Shown: in pieces, positions 26,336 to 40,084 of the stretch
Numbering within the stretch: the first letter of the stretch is position 1
How the letters are laid out: every line of letters begins with the position of its first letter
Notes under the pieces: model-generated
Database searches by the model: none
What the model saw: only the letters and a program-made list of their open reading frames with translations
Told to the model about the DNA's origin: nothing
NCBI RefSeq assembly: GCF_006345805.1
Contig: NC_043014.1
Coordinates: 30,938,001 to 31,002,000 of the forward strand
Source: Octopus sinensis
Lineage: Eukaryota
Length of the DNA: 64,000 nucleotides
Direction of reading: 5' to 3'
Made by a program: the position numbers and the translations under genes

Positions 26336-26688
26336 CAATCTTAAAATATCTTAAAATATCTCGAGTCTTTTTTTAAAAAAAAGAAACACTACCCCCACCC
26401 CTACTAAATCAAGCACAGCTTCCTCAGTGATAATTATTGAATGAGCTGAGTTAGAATGCTAATCCTAACACATTGAATGTGACTCAAACTGATACCGCAC
26501 ACATATTTGCATGTGGTGCATATTTGTAGGCTGAAGTTGCTAAGTGCTTTGATGAGCAGTCTCTGTGACATTGGTTTTTGTTCACTTGAAGCTGATTAGG
26601 ACCTCTCAGCAGAAGTTAACAGCAACAATAGTTGTTAGACCAACACTGCAGGCTGGATAACTGGTGTTTTAATTCAATACAGCTTTGA
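26336..26688. repeat. Near-identical ~350-bp direct repeat, copy 2
   Basis: As copy 1, plus a 10-bp tandem duplication TTAAAATATC and an extra ACTAAATCAAG. Confidence 0.95.
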
Positions 26689-27419
26689 AGGTCATATACA
26701 ATAAAGAAGTATTCTGCTGAAACAATGGACCAGGTCTGCTTGAAACACCTACAAGGATATTTGAACAAACCATTCAGGCATCTCCTCTCTTCACTATACC
26801 AATAAGGGGGTCTATGTGTCTTCTCACCCCACTAAAAATAGCAGCCAAATTTTCCTGAAATCCCTATCTTAAAGAAGAAAATGTCATATAAGATATTGTG
26901 ATCCTGCAAGCTCTTAAGACAGGGTGGTTGGTTCCAAATGGAATACCTTTAATTATAGTTCTGCTTGATCATTGTTGATCTGGGATTAAACACCATCAAA
27001 TTTCATGGCACACACCTAAACCTTTTCAGTCATTACTCATTGATACATCCTCATCTGTATCTCACACAGTTATGTAATATTTGTATTACATAACCAACAT
27101 GGGTACAGGTAAGGCTGTGTGACTTAGAAGTACATTTTGTAACTATGTGGTTCCAAGTTTGATCCCACTGCTCCACACTTAGGGCAATTGCCTTCTCCGT
27201 TAGCTTTTGATTGATCAATGCTTTGTGAGATGGAAACTGTACAGAAGCCCATTGTATGTATGTATGAAGATATGTGTGTGTGTGTGTGTGCTAACATATA
27301 TGTGTATATTGATGAAATATATAAAATATATATATACATATGAATGAGAAAATAGGGTAATGGACATCAATACATTTCACCTATCTGACTTGCCTATATA
27401 TATCTTAAGGGGATCTATA

Positions 27420-27520
27420 ACCATGAAAAATTGTCATTGCTGCTACTACTATCACCACCACCAATACTATTATTACTCACACTACTACTACTACTGCTGC
27501 TGTTGCTGCTGCTGCTGCTA

Positions 27521-27575
<55 letters not shown>

Positions 27576-27610
27576 CACCACCACTACTGTTGTTGTTGTT
27601 GTTGTTATTC
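27420..27610. repeat. Compound trinucleotide array (CTA/CCA/CTG/TTG)
   Basis: Direct inspection. Confidence 0.95.
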
Positions 27611-29267
27611 AAAATAAAACAAAAGTTAAAATTTATATATTATATATTATATTATATTACTTGAGTAAAAATTTTGTAAAATACTAAGAACATTCCAGAC
27701 TAAAATCGACATGTTTTATTGAATTTATGGGGAAATATTATTTAGTGAAGATGGGGTGTGGATGGGCAATGAATTGATGTAGAATGAGGAAAGATGATAG
27801 AGATAGAGAGAGAGAGAGAAGCTTCGACTGAATGAAATCTCTTAGCAATTATTGCGGCGGCTGAGATATTTTTCTGTCTGTGGAAGATGTCAGTGGAATC
27901 TTTTGTGCTAGGGTTAATTTTTATTTGTGTTGCACTGTGGTAACTTTAATGGGTTGTGGTCTGGTAAGTAAGAAAATGTTCTGCATGTAATAGTATCGAA
28001 CATTTGTAGACAATCGATACTAGAGAACAACTTTGCCAAAATTGGTGAAGGGGGGGAAATAAACATTATATGTATATTGAAAAGAAAAAGAGGAGAAAAT
28101 TCCACTAAAAACGTCTACTTATTTATTTATTGTTTTTCTATTTCACCCTAAACTATGAATGTGTTGAGGGTTGGAGTTTCAAGGTAGAGTAGGAGTTATA
28201 AAGGTAAGGGAGATGGGGAGAGGCAACAAATCAATATTTCTGTCATTGTGAAATTAAATAAGATGAACATTAATTAACCTTCTTCGTTAAAGATTGTAGA
28301 AGAAACGAGAGTTTGCAGCTGGCTGAATCGATAGGGTGTTGTCGCTGCTATTGTCGGACTACAACTTAAATGGGGGTATAGGGGTGTGGGCTGTAGGGTT
28401 CTGTGACTTATGTTCCTTTCATCTGAATCGCGACACTACTGTGAGCTCCTCTGTATTGGGCTGTGAAACTTAGCAGCTCTAATTTAGCCCAGTCCACTTG
28501 ACTGTAATGGCTGTAAATTAGGTTGTTGTTATTGATGTTTAGCTTTACCTAAATTCTGATCAGTCAGACAGCTAATCAAAGGTGTTCTGGCCATGTTCTA
28601 GCATTTCTAGTATCTCTGCATAGAGATTTCCTCATTGGTTTCTCTGAAATAAGTAGTGTCATGATATGGAAGTAAAGGCTTCACTGTTTCAAGTCAAAGA
28701 TTCTCATTTAGAAAGGGGTGTGTAATGGTTGGACTGAGTTCAGCTCTTTTATGTGGTCAAAGCCTATGGTGGACTGGTGTGCCCTCTAGGAAAGGTATGC
28801 ACAGTGCCTTGAAAGATATACTCCTCTATACAGTGATGCCTGGTGATGGCAGTGGGTAGATAAAATGTGGAAGTGAGGAAGGAAAATGATCACTCAGATG
28901 GTGGAAGCACTCTTCATAGCATAATTGTTGACTTAGTGGCTTAAGCTGGGATTGGCATATGGAATATAGAATCTATCACAGGTTCAAATTTAGCTGCAAG
29001 CATTAGTTGCACATACTATTAGTCTGTACCCTCTGCTTTTACAACAAAGGGAATTTTTGAAATGGTCTCTGGTGTAACTAGTCTGTAACAGTGCATTTTG
29101 AGGTTAATGAAGAAACATTTCAAGCTTCACAAGGAGATATCTATATTGTTATTTGGCTCTGTTCAAAGCTGCAGTGAAATTTCTCTTGTCAAACTAATGG
29201 ACATTTGTTTTTTTATAAAGTCTGATGTTTTAAGTTCTAAAATTGTATGGATGACCTATTTCATTAA

Positions 29268-29474
29268 CCCTTTAGCATTTAATCTGCCCTTATCCAGCCC
29301 ATATCCACCTGGTTTATGTTAAAACTAACCAGATCCAACCTCTCACACTTACCCACAATGTCATTCTAAAAATATACAAACACACCATTGAAATCTTGAA
29401 GCTACAAGATGTGTGATTAATTCAAAATAATGAGAATAAATAAACAATACATTTGACAAAGGAGTCTGAATGCA
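29268..29474. mobile_element. piggyBac-type MITE family 1, opposite orientation, one end truncated
   Basis: TTAA|CCCTTTAGCATTT start; body is the reverse complement of the 17878 copy. Confidence 0.8.
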
Positions 29475-31607
29475 TGTCTTCTCTCATCCACTCTTTGTGC
29501 TGTCATAAATACATATACCCTAATCATATAAAGATAGTTTAACCTACGAAAGTAACCAGTAAAGATTTATTTAATATGAAGAGAAAGGTGGTTGTTAGGG
29601 GCTGTTCGATAAGTTGGTATCAATGTCATAATTTAACTTTTTTTTATGAATTACGTTTTGTCGTACAACCATCATGAAGTGGTGTTAAGGGCTTGACGAC
29701 AAGGGAAACAACTGTGTAACACCACATCGATAACCTTGATCATTACTTTGGTTTCTGTTTTAGTTTTCTTTTGTTATTTTGACATGAAACTTTATATTTA
29801 TTCCTAAATGTTTATACATCTCTCCATACATTCTTCACTTGCCTGATCACTAAACCCCAAAAATTTAATAACAGTATTTTTTTCCAAGTCATATTCCAGA
29901 TTATCTCCCTTAGACGTGCCTAGGGATCTTACACATTTTTACACCCACTTTTAAAAGTGTATACATTTTCATAAGTGGTTGATGGCAAATACTGAATCAA
30001 CCTGTACTGAAATTATTTTATTGGTTTTGGATTTGAACTAAAAAAAAAAAGTAGAGAGATGAAGCCAAATACTGTCAGACATTTAATATGGCATTATTGT
30101 TTCTGACACTATCCTCAAAGAGATTTTAAAGTGTAAAGTATCTCAAACTATGAATAGTGTCTGTGATTTAATAGTGAGTTGTTTGAATAAATGAGGATCA
30201 AAAACAACAACAAAGAATGTGTATGGCTAAAGTATTGGATTGCTGTTGAACAGCAATTTGCATCTGTCATAGACCAGCCTTGGTATCTGAAGATATTACA
30301 GCCCACTTCATAGTTTCAGGAAAGAACAGTCTTTAAAAAAAATAAATATGCAACTAGTATTTATTCCTTTCATATAAGATCAGCATATATTGTATATCAT
30401 GTTATATATTTCACTTCTCAAAACAGAAACAAACAAATGTGTAACTCTGTATATCTTCTCATAAACAATTTAAAGCCATTATAGCTGTAATAATTTCTTG
30501 ACTGTACAATTATCAAGAACATTTCTATACCAACTATAAGCTCTCTGCACAGTCGGTATTGGCTCATAAAGACTTAGTTTCCCTTTTCACAGCTATAAAA
30601 TACTTCAGCCCAGAATTGCTGCTAACTTTGAAATAAAATGTAATTTCACTCAACCTCAAAACAAAAAATTGAATACCTCTTAAACTAGAGATACACCATG
30701 AACCTACCCACTTCATAAGGCTGTCATTATTTGCCAATACTCTGCAACTCTTGGCTTGGCTCACTATCAAAATGTGTCTGCTCTCACATTATCTTAGCTT
30801 TCTACATTTATTTAAGCAGTTCTGATCTGACAGCTTACCTAAGAACAACAACAACATTAAATGTAATGTTGAACATTAGTAAAATAGCCTATCCAGCTAC
30901 TGCTAAGTGACTGATGAATTATATTGTAGGAATAAAATAATATAGTTAAAATAGTGTAAACCACATTAGTTAAAGTATGAAAATGGAATAGCAAGTAGTC
31001 CATTGTGTAATTAGTAACATGATTAACAAGCAAGTTATAGTTATGCACTTCAAGCCCCATCAATGGACAAGTGAAAATATTTTTCTACTGCAGATTGGTG
31101 CCTACAATGTCTGATATCATAAGGTGGTGAGCTGGCAGAATTATTAGCATGCCAGGAAAAATGCTTCGCAGCATTTCATCAATCCTTATGTTTTGAGTTC
31201 AAATTCCGCCTAAGTCAACTTCACTTTTGGGGTCAATAAGATAAGTACCAGTTAAATACTGAGGTTAATGTTATCAACTTACCCTCTCCCACAAAATTTG
31301 AAACCAATTTCATAAACATTCATGAATACTGGAAGTAAAAGCTAAAGGGATGCTTGCTGTGAGATAAAGTATGGATTAATTTTTCAAACAGATTTGCCCT
31401 CCATCCACCCAACAAATGTTCTTTAGTGGAAACATTAGTTTCTATATCATACCATGAATAACATATTATGAAACAACAAAGGAACCTCTGTATAGTTATA
31501 CATGTTGCTAGAAACAGAAGCTAAATCTTCTTCAAATCACATCTGTTTTACAAAAGGACACAGCCAAAAAGGTATGCAAAACTACAGTTTGGTCACAAAT
31601 AGAATAC

Positions 31608-31707
31608 CTTTAAATACTAATTTGTTTGATTGGAACGAAACAACAGCAGCACGCAATAACTCTTCAGTTTCTCTTTCATACAGTGTGCAGACAATTACTA
31701 ACTGTTT
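31608..31707 (-). CDS. Candidate coding exon (KQLVIVCTLYERETEELLRAAVVSFQSNKLVFK)
   Basis: Open 100-nt frame, donor AAG|GTATTC, protein-like composition. The acceptor is weak and a MITE sits ~20 bp upstream. A competing plus-strand donor AAG|GTATGC lies at 31572. Confidence 0.25.
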
Positions 31708-31727
31708 CTGGTGAATAGCCTCACTAA

Positions 31728-31868
31728 CCCTTTAGCATTTAGATTTCTTTGTCAAATATGTTACTTACTTATATTATAGGGTAGGTGTGATAGGCTGGAT
31801 CTGGTCAGTTTTATCATAAAACAAGTAGAATATTCGGGCTGCATATGGCTGGATTAAATGTTAAAGGG
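31728..31868. mobile_element. piggyBac-type MITE family 1, internally deleted
   Basis: CCCTTTAGCATTT ... ATGTTAAAGGG|TTAA. Confidence 0.85.
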
Positions 31869-33123
31869 TTAACATAAAGCCTCTTCAACTTTAAATCAGA
31901 AATCTTACTGACTGGTTGGTTTATTGAATCATCAAGGCCCTATTTTTGATAATACTAATAATAACAATAATGATGCCTTCATTTGGTGCAAGAGCATACA
32001 CTCCAAAGAAATCGCTAATTAAATCAACACAATTATGTATAACTATTACTTATTTTACCATCTGTGAAAAGATATGAGGTAAAGTTGACTCCTGCAAAAG
32101 GTCATAACTAAATAGTTCAAGATGTCTAGTTCAGTCCTCAACCATTTGTACTTTCAATTAGGAGGTGAGTGTGAGGAACATTTGACAATAGAAAAATGAA
32201 AGCAAAGTGAATTCAGGATATAGAGATGTAACTAATCTGTACAGTGCTTTATTAACTTTGGTAATCAACAAATTTTGGTTCAAATTTTGGGGTAGGGTTA
32301 AGCTGATTCTTTGACCCCAGTGCCCAGCTGGTTCTTATTTCTTTAACTTCAAAGGCAAAATTTGAACCTAGAATGTGAAGATGGAATAAATATCCCTAAG
32401 AATTTTGTCCAACTTGCTAATGATTCTACTGGCTCATTACTTCCATAATAATAATAATAATAATACACTTTTATTTCAGTAGCTCAACTCAAATACTATG
32501 CTCAGAACACAACAAATCCTCTACTTAATCATCACCTTCTCAACTAACATAGCAATACCCTATATGATCACCACTCAGTAACACAACACATACCTGATGC
32601 AGTTGCCTCAATAAATTAGCTCATACAATAATACACAATCCATATATCATATACTGTATACAATCACTACCTTGCATTAAAGCACATAACACCAACCATC
32701 ATGTGTGTCTGTTGGAATGGTGAGGACCATCTAGTCATCCTTAGGGATAATTGGTGACTTGCATGGTGACATTGTTTAAAGTGAAGATGAGTTGCATCCA
32801 TGAACCTCACACTCTTGTCCATATCTATCATCAGTCCAGTGACAAGGCCAGATCAAAATGACTAGGGATGGAGAAGGATGCAGTGGATGACCAAGATGTC
32901 TTCAATCCACAATGCATCGTTGCAGCTGCCTTCTCCTCTGTTGGACTATGATAGTTTCGTCTACAGTGTCCACTGGATCCAGTTTTCATACGCATAGGTA
33001 GTCAAACTCTAATATGCTACTTAGCCCATAGATGGGACCCTGACAGGTGCAAGTACTATGGGCCAGAATACACCTGGGAACAAAAATGGATAACTGGTGG
33101 TTCCACACTCCTCAAAGCCAGAT

Positions 33124-33464
33124 CAGTGGCTCTTAACTGGGGTTCATATGTCCCTTGTGGGTCCATATGAGATTCTTGAGCATTCACATAACAAAGTAGT
33201 AAATTGGGGATCGCAATAGTATTTTAAGGCCCCCTGAAAAAATTTTGCTTTAGATGTATTTATTGCAAGAAACAGCTAGGTTTCTTACTGTATCATTTTA
33301 CGTAGTTCAACCTACATAAGTTAATGTGTGTGACAAACAAAATAGGAACTTTGAAAGAAGTTTCTATGAAACTAGTTTTTAAATATTGAATGGTTATGGG
33401 GGTCCACCAGAATAAAATAGTAATGAAAGGGGTTAATAGATAAAAAAATGGTTGGGAACCCCTG
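33124..33464. mobile_element. hAT (Charlie/MER5-type ends) MITE
   Basis: Ends CAGTGGCTCTTAAC and GTTGGGAACCCCTG; the right ~100 bp is homologous in reverse to 44754 onward. The 8-bp TSD is not well preserved. Confidence 0.7.
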
Positions 33465-33639
33465 CACTGGACCTCCCAAACCACAGCTCATGTGAAACAT
33501 AAATCTCTGCCTAACAAAATATAGCGTGACATCAAAATCCTAATATCAAACATAACAGCATATACAAAACACAATCCCCAGCCAACAGAATAACTCAACT
33601 CCCGTTGTACAATCTTTTATACAACAAATGAAAAGTTAA

Positions 33640-34056
33640 ACCACTAGCATTCAGATTATTCTGTCAAGTGTAATGCTTATTTACTCATGTTGTTTTGAAT
33701 TATCATACATTATCTTGTAGCTTTGAGATTTCAATGATTTTGATGATGTGATTGTTTATATTTAGATTGAGTTTGTAAGGTAGATGTAAATGGTTAGGTC
33801 TGGCTTGTTTGAATATAAAACAGGTAGAATATTTTGACCAGATATAGCTGGTTTAACCCCTTAGCATTCTATCAAATGTAATGCTCATTTATTCACATTG
33901 CTTTGAATTATGCATTATCTTGTAGCTTTGGGATTTTGAAGATGTGATTGTTTAGTTTTTTGGAATGACATCTAGTAGGTGTGAGAGGCTGGATCTGGCC
34001 AATTTGAACATAAAACAATAATTAAAGCAGATATGGCTGGTTTGAATGCTAATGGG
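33640..34056. mobile_element. Two head-to-tail piggyBac-type family 1 MITEs
   Basis: The first copy runs to GGTTTAA (33856); the second starts CCCCTTAGCATTC at 33857 and ends AATGCTAATGGG at 34056. Confidence 0.8.
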
Positions 34057-36687
34057 TTCAAATAATGTCAGGATCAACTAAACAGATTCCCACAACAAAA
34101 GTGAAACTGGTGTAGTATACATGCACAAATTTACAGTCTTAACAGACTATATTGTATACATTTCAAGAATATAGAGGTGCATTTAGTGATATAGAAGAAG
34201 CACATATAAAGTTGTTGAAACAGGATGATGATGATGATTGTTTAAGTAAGTGCTGGTATGGCTGTGTGGTTAAGAAGTTTGCTTCCCACTTACATGGTTT
34301 CAGGTTCAGTCCCAATGTTTGACACCTTGGGCAAATGTCTTCTACCATAGCCCCAGGTTGACCAAAGCCTTGTGTATGTATGTGTGTGTGTGTCCTTGAC
34401 ATTGCATGATAATTGTAAATAAGTGTCACTGTCATTTTAGCAGTGTCTTTTGTTTCCAGTCTTCCATAAAAACAGGTCTGGCTATGGGGAAATGTTACCT
34501 TGCTTGTAAGTAAGTGAGGATTGGTGACAGGAAGGGCATCCTGTTGTAGAAAATCTGCCACAACAAATTCTGGTTGATCCATGCAAGCATGGAAAAGTGG
34601 ACTTTAAGATGATGATGAGGATGTTTCTAGCATAGGCACAGGGCCTGAAATTTAGGGGAAAGAGAATAGTCATTTCTAAAATTCCCATTTACTTGACTTT
34701 ATTTTATTGACTCCAAAAGGAGGAAAAACAAAGTTGATTAATGTGAGATTTGAACTCAGAATGTGAAGAGCTAGAGCAAGTACTGCAAAGTTTTTTTACT
34801 CTTCTGATGCTCTAACAATTCTGCCAATCTGCTCTAAATAATAATTGTATAAAGCTTGGTTTTATGTTCAAACTGTCAAGATCTGCTCTCTTACACCTAC
34901 TCTACAATGTCATTCTAAAAATATGCAATCACATCATCAGAATCTCAAAGCTTTGAGAATATGCATGATTAATTCAAAATAATGTGAATGTATTTGTTGC
35001 CCACTTCTGCTTGACAACCAGTGTTGGTCTGTTTATGTCCCGTAATGTAAACAGTTTGGCAAAAGATACTGATAGAATAAACACTAGGCTTAACAAAATA
35101 TGAGTACTGGGGTCAATTCATCTGACTAAAAAATTCTTCTATGTGGTGCCCCAGCATGGCCACAGTCTAATGACTGAAAAAAGTAAGAGATTAAAGATAT
35201 AAGCACTATATTTGATGGAATAACCTGAATGCTAAAGGGCTAATCAAATTGTCCATAGTACTTGAGTGGTAGTTTATTATATCAGCTCTGAAAAGATGAA
35301 AGCCAAAATCAACCTTGGTGGGATTCAAACTCCTAAATACCACTTGACAGTTTGTCCGCTGCTCTAACAGTTCTGCCAAATTGCTCCTCAAGTATTTCTA
35401 ACATAGGCACAAGACCACACATAATGGTGGTTGGGAAGGAGAAATGGAATCAATTGGACCACTCCTAGTAATTGACTGATTCTTATTTGATCACCACTAA
35501 TCAGTCTATAGTGGCAGTGGTCACAGACTAATGTGGAAAACGGCAAAGAGCAAAACAGATGATGCAACACCGTCCCTACCATTTATCATCAAAGTTGTTT
35601 TCCCCTTCATCATCATCATCATTTACATGAGTGCTAAAAACTCTTTGTCACATCAGTATGAAATCTAGTCAATAACGGAATAATTAGAAATTAGATTTGT
35701 CGTAAATTTTTATTCTTTCTTTTTCTTGTTAATGTTAATTTTATTTTTAGTCTGTTGGATTAAATATTGTATTTAAAAAAAAAAATTTTTTTTCTTATTT
35801 GTTTCTAACTTTTATAAATGTCAACATTTTCTTTTTCTCTATTGATTTATTCTTTCTTTCTTCAATTATGTTCTATTTAAGTGTGATAATTTGTATTGCA
35901 ACCTATTCTCCACCCCACCTCTCTTTACTCCTTGATACTGTGTCCAGTAATTGTCTTCGGGTCTTAATTCTGCTTTCTGTTCTTTTTCTGTTTCTGCTTT
36001 TTTTTTTCCTGTCTGTTTGGTTATTTTTTAAAAATATTTGTTTAAATAATGCTGCAGTTGTTTGTTTTATAAATTTTAAATCTGTCTTGGTATTTTTACT
36101 GTTATTATTATTTTTATTTCACAGTTGTAAGAATACTTGATTATAATAATGATAATAATAATAGTAATAATTATAACAGTGATGATAATGGTCTGTGAGT
36201 GACGCGCAAGAAGCAATCTTTGTAGAAGTGGTTATTAGGTGGGGGAAAACAATTTGATAATATTCACTGGTATATATTTTAGTCACATCCAAAGAAATGG
36301 AAGAGAAATTCTACCCTGGGTGAGATTTTGAACTTGGAACATTGATGTAAAAAATTAAGTATTTATTATAAGTCTGATACCGTAGCATTTTGGTCATTTT
36401 TCTACCTGGTGAAGCATTTTTGGTCAGCAACACTGGTATTCACCTTTCTGTTACCATATTTCTTTTGAAATATACAACTTTTGTTTCAGTTAATTTTATA
36501 AATTTTGAAAAGTTTATTGATAACTTTGTCATTATGAAGCTAGTTTTTTGAACAATTTAGCATGAAATTTTGATGGAAGATTTTAATACAGGTAATTTCA
36601 AAACAGGAAGTTTTGAACTAGAAGGCAGTTTCTGGCAGGTTGGTTTCAAGAGAGTTTGTCTGCTAGGCTTAGCCGGCACCTTCAGTT

Positions 36688-36889
36688 CCCTGTAACATTT
36701 CAACCAGCTATATCTAGCCCAAATATTCCAGTTGTTTTAGGTTCAGACTAGCCAGATCCAGCCTCTCACACATACTCAATGCTATCTACATCATTGAAAT
36801 CTTGAAGCTTCAAGATAATGCATGATTAATTCAAAGAAATGTGAATAAATAAGCCTTACACTTGACAGAATAATTTGAATGCTAAAGGG
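36688..36889. mobile_element. piggyBac-type MITE family 1
   Basis: Ends GAATGCTAAAGGG|TTAA; body matches the family. Confidence 0.8.
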
Positions 36890-37514
36890 TTAAGTTAGTT
36901 TTTCTGATAGAGGTGGGGAGGCTCCTCTGGGTATGAGACCCATTTAAATTGAAAAGATGGTAGATAAATTGCCATGTTTGTTGAAATCAAGATAGTTTTA
37001 AACTCTTATCACATCGTAGTGAATAATGAAGAGTTATATGATTTAAACTCAGTCCACTTCATTGCAGCTCCCGATTCAAATGTGGGATTGAGTTTATGAG
37101 TGCCATATGGGTGAAGGTGTCTGCAGGATATTATCATACATGAGTCGAAGCCCCATGAGTTAGAGTGGCTATTCTAGAGCATCTCCCTCACTGTCCATTT
37201 TGTATGCTGTGGCCATGAGACTGAATTACTGGAAATTGTATGTTCTATTCTTTAATGGAAAGTTACTCCATACAGTTTGTAAGTGTGATTCAGAGATCCA
37301 GCAGACTGGTGAACCTTCCCTCAGCCCTCCATTAAAAACTAACAATGCACAAACTCATACTCAATATGGGCTGAATATTTACAGTTTTGCAAATTAATTG
37401 AAACAGTTTATTTTATGAGAAATATGATCAAGAAGACTTTATAACACAAAAGAATGTGATAGAAAAAAAACAAAAGCAGTAAACTATCACAAGCTTACCC
37501 CAGGGTACTAATTC

Positions 37515-37848
37515 TTTTACTTGTTCCAGTCATTTGACTGAACCAATTGAGCCCAGGTCTTAATTTTTGTAATCCTAGTACTTATTCTATCAGTCTCTTA
37601 GGCTGAACCGCTAGGTTATGGGGACATAAATTCACCAACATCGGTTGTCAAGTCATGGTGAGGGAGGGCAAACACCCCCCCACACACATACGATGGACTT
37701 CTTTCAGTTTCCATCTACCAAATCCTCTCACAGGGCTTTGGTTGGCCCAAGGCCGTAGTAGAAGACACTTGCCCAAGGTGCCATTCAGTGGAACTGAACC
37801 CAGAACTATGTGGTTGGGAAGCAAGCTTCTTACCATACAGCCACGTGT
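37515..37848 (-). mobile_element. SINE family A
   Basis: Collinear with 14668-14998. Confidence 0.85.
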
Positions 37849-38697
37849 GCATTTATATTTTACATATTATTTGTTAGTTGTTTGATTCTTAATCCTGTGC
37901 CCATATATCTACTGGGCTTGTCAGCTGGTAATATAGTTCTTATAGATGATGGAGGGGGTTCAGCTCTGCAGTGTGGGTTGACAATTACATAATTACAGCT
38001 AATTATGAATTGTTTCTATTGGTTTGAATTTATAAACCAACCAGAGAAGGAGGGAGGTAGTACCCATGCTACAGGCCTCACTCCCATCCTTCTGGGATTG
38101 TTGTAAGACATTGCCTAGCTAGAACATCTGCTGTAAGAAATGGATATCTATAATTGAATGCCTGCAACAAATGTTTTGGCTAAATGCACCCAAGGACCAG
38201 GGTGTGGCTTGTTCAGCAACACAAGAATGCTTTTTCAATTAGGTAGTACTCTGATAACACGAACTTTATACATTTTATACAGCATGTTTACACACTCACC
38301 TCTTTGCTCCTCCTCATTCTCTCTTCTCACACACACACACACACGGACTTTCAAATATTCATACTCAATCTGAAATACACATATACTATCTCTCTTTCTT
38401 TCTCTCTCACTCTCTCTCTCTCTCTGACATTTACACACACACACACATACAGACATTCTCTCATATTCTCTCTCATACATATGCACACACTAAGGCACAC
38501 ATTAGCATATGCATCTTGCATAGAAGAAGGTGTTTATTCCTTTTGGATTGCAAAACAGCTAGAAAATATAGATATGGTATAGTGGTGATGACGAGGATGC
38601 TGATAATAATGACATTGGCTGTTGTTATTGTTCTTCTTGTCTTTAATGCCTTCATGGTTGTTGTCTTTCAATGTCATCATCGTCGTCATTATCACAG

Positions 38698-38777
38698 GTG
38701 GATGTGCACCGGAAATAGCCAAGCTAGCAAAAACTACAGAACAAAGACACATAACAAGCCAACAGTTTCCTCTGCAT
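38698..38777 (+). CDS. Candidate plus-strand coding exon (xGCAPEIAKLAKTTEQRHITSQQFPLH)
   Basis: Acceptor CATTATCACAG|GT, donor CAT|GTAAGA, open frame of 80 nt. No homologue recognised. Confidence 0.25.
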
Positions 38778-39909
38778 GTAAGAGATGTGTAAGAAATGTG
38801 TTAGTTCACTAGTATTTTGCCACATTAAAGCCATATCCATAGACATTCTTCTGATTGTTTCCAGCTTCTTCATTCACTTGCACTACCATTTTGAAAACGA
38901 AAATGAAAGCAACAGTTGGCTTTTACTACAGTTTTAGTTTTGCTTTTGTTTCATTTATATTTTTCCTAATGTCTTTTTGTTTTTGTTATTCAGTGTTTTT
39001 GAGGTTGTTTTTGCTTTTTTGTCTCCATTTTATAAAAAAATTTACAATATTTTGTTGATGTCCTTATTCTCATTATTGTTTAATTGAACTTATATTATCA
39101 TTAGTGTGTTTTTTTTCTTTCTTTTAATTTTTACTTTTAATTGAAAAAGATACCTGTCATCATTTATGTGCATATAAATATATTTCCATGATTGCATGTG
39201 TAGACACAATAATTTTATTACCTTCGTTTGTCTGATTAATGGTATGTACTTACTCACAAACATATACATTGTGGTTGTCATCATCGTCATTTTAACGCAC
39301 ACTTTTTCATACTTGCATGCATTGGATGGAATCTATTGAGTCAAATTTTCTACAGTTGGATGCCCTTCTTGTTGTCAGCCTACACCTGTTTCCATGCAAG
39401 GTAATATTTTCTCATGACCAGGTGTGCTTCTCGTACAATATCGGTAATGAATGACACTACATGTTTGACAGTGACAATCATTTTATAACTACCTTGCAAT
39501 GTTAAGACGAGAGAGACACACACACACACACTTCTTTCAGCTTCCATGTACCAAATTCCAGTCACAAGGCTTTGGTCTACCTTAGGCTATAGTAGAAGAC
39601 ACTTGTCCAAGGTGTCCTACAGTGGGATAAAATCCAGAACTATGTGGTTGCAAAACAAACTTCTTACCACACTGTCACATACACACAAATGCATGTTAAT
39701 ATGTGTGTGTACCTGCCTGTATGTGTGTCTTGCCCACATATCCAGTGCTGTCTAGGTATTTCCCCCTGTCTACAAGTCAATAAAACTGTCACTTCATGTT
39801 TACATCACAAACGAAATTCTTTTTACATTGTTATACATATTTTCTCTATGTAAGCCCTGGATGTGTTTGCATATTTATGTTTGTGTGTGTATTTATACAC
39901 ATACACACA

Positions 39910-39952
<43 letters not shown>

Positions 39953-39969
39953 GCCTGTGTGTATATATA

Positions 39970-40010
<41 letters not shown>

Positions 40011-40027
40011 GCCTGTGTGTATATATA

Positions 40028-40065
<38 letters not shown>

Positions 40066-40084
40066 ATATATATACACACACACA

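Noticed and set aside
23825-26688. LTR retrotransposon interpretation of the near-identical repeats
   Set aside because: No TG..CA ends, TSD, PBS/PPT or gag-pol, and the interior is old heterogeneous DNA.
35560-36230. Mild CpG retention including GACGCGC
   Set aside because: Only about 6 CpGs in 670 bp, too weak to call regulatory.
36950-37250. Possible CR1/L2 3' remnant on the minus strand (SHI*IGAA, FQQTWQF)
   Set aside because: Needs several frameshifts and the motifs are too short to support a call.
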